A DNA stretch of 64,000 nucleotides from Bacteroidales bacterium (GTDB lineage Bacteria > Bacteroidota > Bacteroidia > Bacteroidales > JAQUTK01), in NCBI GenBank assembly GCA_028709785.1, contig JAQUTK010000009.1:32200-96199 (forward strand), in the 5' to 3' direction. A program made the position numbers and the translations under genes. Shown here piece after piece: positions 61,840-64,000 of the stretch; positions within the stretch are counted from its first letter, which is position 1, and every line of letters begins with the position of its first letter. The notes under the pieces were generated by a model. The model ran no database searches. It was not told the origin of the DNA and saw only the letters and a list, made by a program, of their open reading frames with translations.

Positions 61840-62233
61840 AGCCTCTCTCAAACGACTTCCCCTCATCCCGTCTGTGCGGGCTTGACGATTTGTTGATAAT
61901 GTTACAGCTGTTCAATGTAGATATCCCCTCCATACCGTCATTGGTGGCTTGACCGGGGAGATTGCGGGTCGGTGCCCGCAATGACGACAAATGAAGCCCA
62001 CTTGTCGTCATTGTCATCCCCTTCGTCATTGGTGGCTTGATCCGCAATCTCCTCAGCCGTCATTCCATGCTATCTGAATGGTGACCCCCCAAAAAAAATA
62101 AGCACGAGTAATAATCGTCTCTCAGCTGCATCGGTTACAATCTGATAATCAACCAGAGGAAAGACTTACTTAATCAGGGAAAATAAATAGACCCAACCAG
62201 CAGATAAAGTCAATACTTAAAGATGCATTAGTT

Positions 62234-62311
62234 ATTCTGAAGTTCAGAACAACCATTCTGAAGTTCAGAACAACCATTCTAAAGTTCAGAACGATCATTC
62301 CGTGCTTCAAT
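62234..62311 (+). repeat. Tandem 21-bp repeat array (3 full units plus a partial) with internal dyads
   Basis: ATTCTGAAGTTCAGAACAACC occurs twice (identical), then ATTCTAAAGTTCAGAACGATC, then the partial ATTCCGTGCTTCAAT. Units 1 and 2 have a perfect dyad TTCTGAA-G-TTCAGAA. Confidence 0.75.
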
Positions 62312-62376
62312 ATGAATAATGTGTCAGGAGGTAAGAAATTTTATAACCTGACAGCAAAACCTTTGATTCCTATCAG

Positions 62377-62400
62377 ATCGCAAAATAGATCAAGCAAGAA
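62377..62400 (+). pseudogene. Decayed 5' remnant of an HU-like gene (start codon lost, early stop)
   Basis: AGATCGCAAAATAGATCAAGCAAGAA aligns to AGATGGCAAAATATATCAAGCAAGAA at 31143-31168. ATG has become ATC and TAT has become TAG. Similarity ends after codon 8. Confidence 0.45.
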
Positions 62401-62507
62401 ATGGAAGCGATTCAGTTGCCCTACAGCACTTTTGAATTGTGTCAAACAAAGTTTGTATGGCAAGTGCATTTTATTCTTCAAAATTAAGTCTTATTCAAAT
62501 CTTTCTG

Positions 62508-62515
62508 TATCTTTG
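62508..62515 (+). promoter_or_regulatory. Candidate -7 promoter box (TATCTTTG)
   Basis: Exact TAnnTTTG match, 74 nt upstream of the ATG at 62589. Confidence 0.3.
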
Positions 62516-62588
62516 TAATCTATTGTGATTAGAAGATCAGATTTACTTTTCGTATTCTCTTAGTGGACAGACGTAATTTAATAATCAA

Positions 62589-63074
62589 ATGATGAAACAA
62601 CTTTTTGCATCCGCGGTCATCACGCTAAGCTTGTGTGCCGCATGTACCATGAATGTTGAGCACAAAGCGACTTATACAGTAGAAAAGAGTGAAGCGACTT
62701 TTCCGACTCAAACGAAAGTGCCAGATGCCATGGGCTTTGTCCGTAGCTTTTACACCGCTTACACGTCATCATTTTACAACGGTGCTTCTCCTCTGACGAT
62801 TGATTCACTTAAGAACGCGTGCCTTACCAAGCCACTCATTGAGAAAGTAGATAGAGTGGGTTCGGAAAGTGGAGCAGATCCCATTATTCGTGCACAAGAC
62901 TTTTCTGAACGGATAGCAAAAACATTAGCATACAAATCGTTGAAGGATGACTGGTATCTGGTTCAATATGTTGATACCAGGGATACGGTAAGCATCCCTG
63001 TGAAAGTGGAGAAAGTCGGTGAGAAACTCATGATTGCAGATATCTCCACAGGTTTGAGTCCCACCGAACCTTAA
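62589..63074 (+). CDS. Hypothetical lipoprotein (possibly DUF3828-like)
   Basis: The lipoprotein signal is MMKQLFASAVITLSLCAAC. The ...FVRSFYTAY...DPIIRAQDF... pattern is reminiscent of DUF3828, but I am not confident of this. Confidence 0.6.
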   Translation: MMKQLFASAVITLSLCAACTMNVEHKATYTVEKSEATFPTQTKVPDAMGFVRSFYTAYTSSFYNGASPLTIDSLKNACLTKPLIEKVDRVGSESGADPIIRAQDFSERIAKTLAYKSLKDDWYLVQYVDTRDTVSIPVKVEKVGEKLMIADISTGLSPTEP

Positions 63075-64000
63075 CGCACAGGGAATTCTGTGATTCGGAG
63101 GGTGGTGCATCCGTATGGAATCAGCTCAATTTCTTCTTCTTCTCCCAGCGGTTCGCCCTCTTGTGAGGTGTAATTGACGGGTCCTGCCGATCCTTTGTAG
63201 AGTTTCCAATCGGGTATTTTCCGCCCTTTCCCTTTGATGACTACGGGAGCGTCTGCTACTGTCCACGGGTAGTTATTGCCGGTTTCTCTCTTCTCAAAGC
63301 GGAAATTGGCTGCTATCTGGTCTGCCCGGAGCTGATTGCCCGACAAACAATAGTTCCATGGGGAGTCGGAGGTTACTTCGTAATACCAGGATCCGTAGCG
63401 TATCAGTTGGCTGTCATCCGTCTTCTTCTTGGTCCATCTCTCATTCATCTTCAGGGCGTACACGAGGGGCCCTCTTTCAATCACCGCGCCTCCGTCATAC
63501 CAATAACTAGCCTTCACCTGTGCGGGGAAGGTGATTGTGAGCTGATCTCCCTGTTTCCACTGCCGGTTGATCGTTGCGATTCCGTTGGTTATTGAACTCT
63601 CATCGAAGGGCTTTCCATTGAGGGTTATATCTGCCTTTTGACACCAGGAGGGGATGCGGAAGTGAAAAGGAAAAGTGGCAGATTGTTTCTTTTTATCGGG
63701 GAAGGTGAGGGTGAAACGAAGCGTTTCCTCAAATGGGTAGCGGGTAGCTTCATGTATGGTGACAGGTATCTGACCGGCTACCTTGGCGGTGACTGTGGAA
63801 GGGGCGTAAATCAAGGCAGCCAAACCGTTGTCTGCCGAGGCATACCAGAGGTTTTGTACCATCTTGGGCCATCCCTGATGCAGGTTACTGGTGCAGCAAG
63901 GATAGCCTGTCAGTTCGCCGAAAAGCAGATCAGTGCCATCGTGAGGGGTGGAGAAGTTGCGCCGTTCGTTGGTGATACAGACCTGGTTGGTCTGCTGGTA
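63071..64000 (-). CDS. GH127/GH146-type (DUF1680) beta-L-arabinofuranosidase-like protein, C-terminal part (gene runs off the right edge)
   Basis: The track ORF starts at M 63862, but the frame stays open to 64000 (hand-translated): ...NERRNFSTPHDGTDLLFGELTGYPCCTSNLHQGWPKMVQNLWYAS.... The CC..N block is the GH127-type Cys motif. The C-terminus reads ...LIPYGCTTLRITEFPV. Confidence 0.7.
   Translation of the reverse strand, partial: YQQTNQVCITNERRNFSTPHDGTDLLFGELTGYPCCTSNLHQGWPKMVQNLWYASADNGLAALIYAPSTVTAKVAGQIPVTIHEATRYPFEETLRFTLTFPDKKKQSATFPFHFRIPSWCQKADITLNGKPFDESSITNGIATINRQWKQGDQLTITFPAQVKASYWYDGGAVIERGPLVYALKMNERWTKKKTDDSQLIRYGSWYYEVTSDSPWNYCLSGNQLRADQIAANFRFEKRETGNNYPWTVADAPVVIKGKGRKIPDWKLYKGSAGPVNYTSQEGEPLGEEEEIELIPYGCTTLRITEFPVR

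Larger units (their letters stand above)
61927..62400 (+). repeat. Conserved noncoding element, copy 2 (expanded GTCATTG hairpin module, conserved block, 21-bp tandem array, leader, decayed HU-like gene start)
   Basis: It has the same block order and orientation as 30866..31169. It also contains a 17-bp direct repeat CGTCATTGGTGGCTTGA (61936-61952 and 62024-62040) and two overlapping hairpins. Confidence 0.6.

Noticed and set aside
30866-62400. The two same-strand repeat copies as boundaries (att-like) of a 31-kb mobile element
   Set aside because: The interval carries core housekeeping genes (tatA, tatC, metF, nfo, LPS glycosyltransferases). It has no integrase, transposase, conjugation or phage genes. 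The repeats are better explained as leaders of a dispersed HU-like gene family.

Overview
This window looks like a chromosomal segment of a Bacteroidota genome, probably order Bacteroidales. Supporting signs are recurring TAnnTTTG -7 promoter boxes, two T9SS C-terminal sorting domains, a UpxY/NusG-like gene, a Bacteroidales-type HU-like gene and an HTCS-type propeller sensor. I count about 45 protein-coding genes. I found no rRNA, tRNA, CRISPR array, cas gene, transposase, integrase or recognisable defence system.

Gene content from left to right:
1. An ArsR-family repressor with two CxxC thioredoxin-fold proteins and a striking palindromic operator.
2. A glycan-degradation cluster at about 4.5-22.3 kb. 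It holds two DUF5077/DUF3472-like paralogs, two histidine kinases without partner regulators, and a tight operon of GH29 fucosidase, Ser-type sulfatase, a GH95-like enzyme and an unusual EEP-phosphoesterase::GH2 fusion. It also holds a small SprB-repeat T9SS cargo protein and an 822-aa unassignable secreted protein with an internal duplication.
3. Housekeeping and envelope genes: pabB/pabC, a TAT-exported Gfo/Idh/MocA oxidoreductase with a double-DUF1080 protein, GT2, GT9, a GH84 O-GlcNAcase-like enzyme, nfo, tatA/tatC, metF and a stand-alone UpxY.
4. A propeller-YYY-TM-AraC regulator that lacks kinase and receiver modules, followed by a tight GH74-GH31-GH2-GH3 operon that looks dedicated to xyloglucan. 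The GH74 carries a T9SS-type C-terminal domain.
5. A TAT-signal FAD oxidoreductase that appears split by a single in-frame TAG.
6. A partial GH127-like gene at the right edge.

The most interesting signals:
- High CAZyme density with no SusC/SusD pair or any transporter anywhere in the window.
- The EEP::GH2 fusion, the DUF3472 pair and the duplicated 822-aa orphan, as candidate new glycan-active functions.
- The kinase-less HTCS-like sensor.
- Two same-strand copies, about 31 kb apart, of a conserved noncoding element. It contains 21-bp tandem units whose internal dyads carry compensatory changes. One copy precedes an intact HU-like gene and the other precedes a decayed remnant.

All family assignments rest on motif recognition by eye. 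No database search was run.
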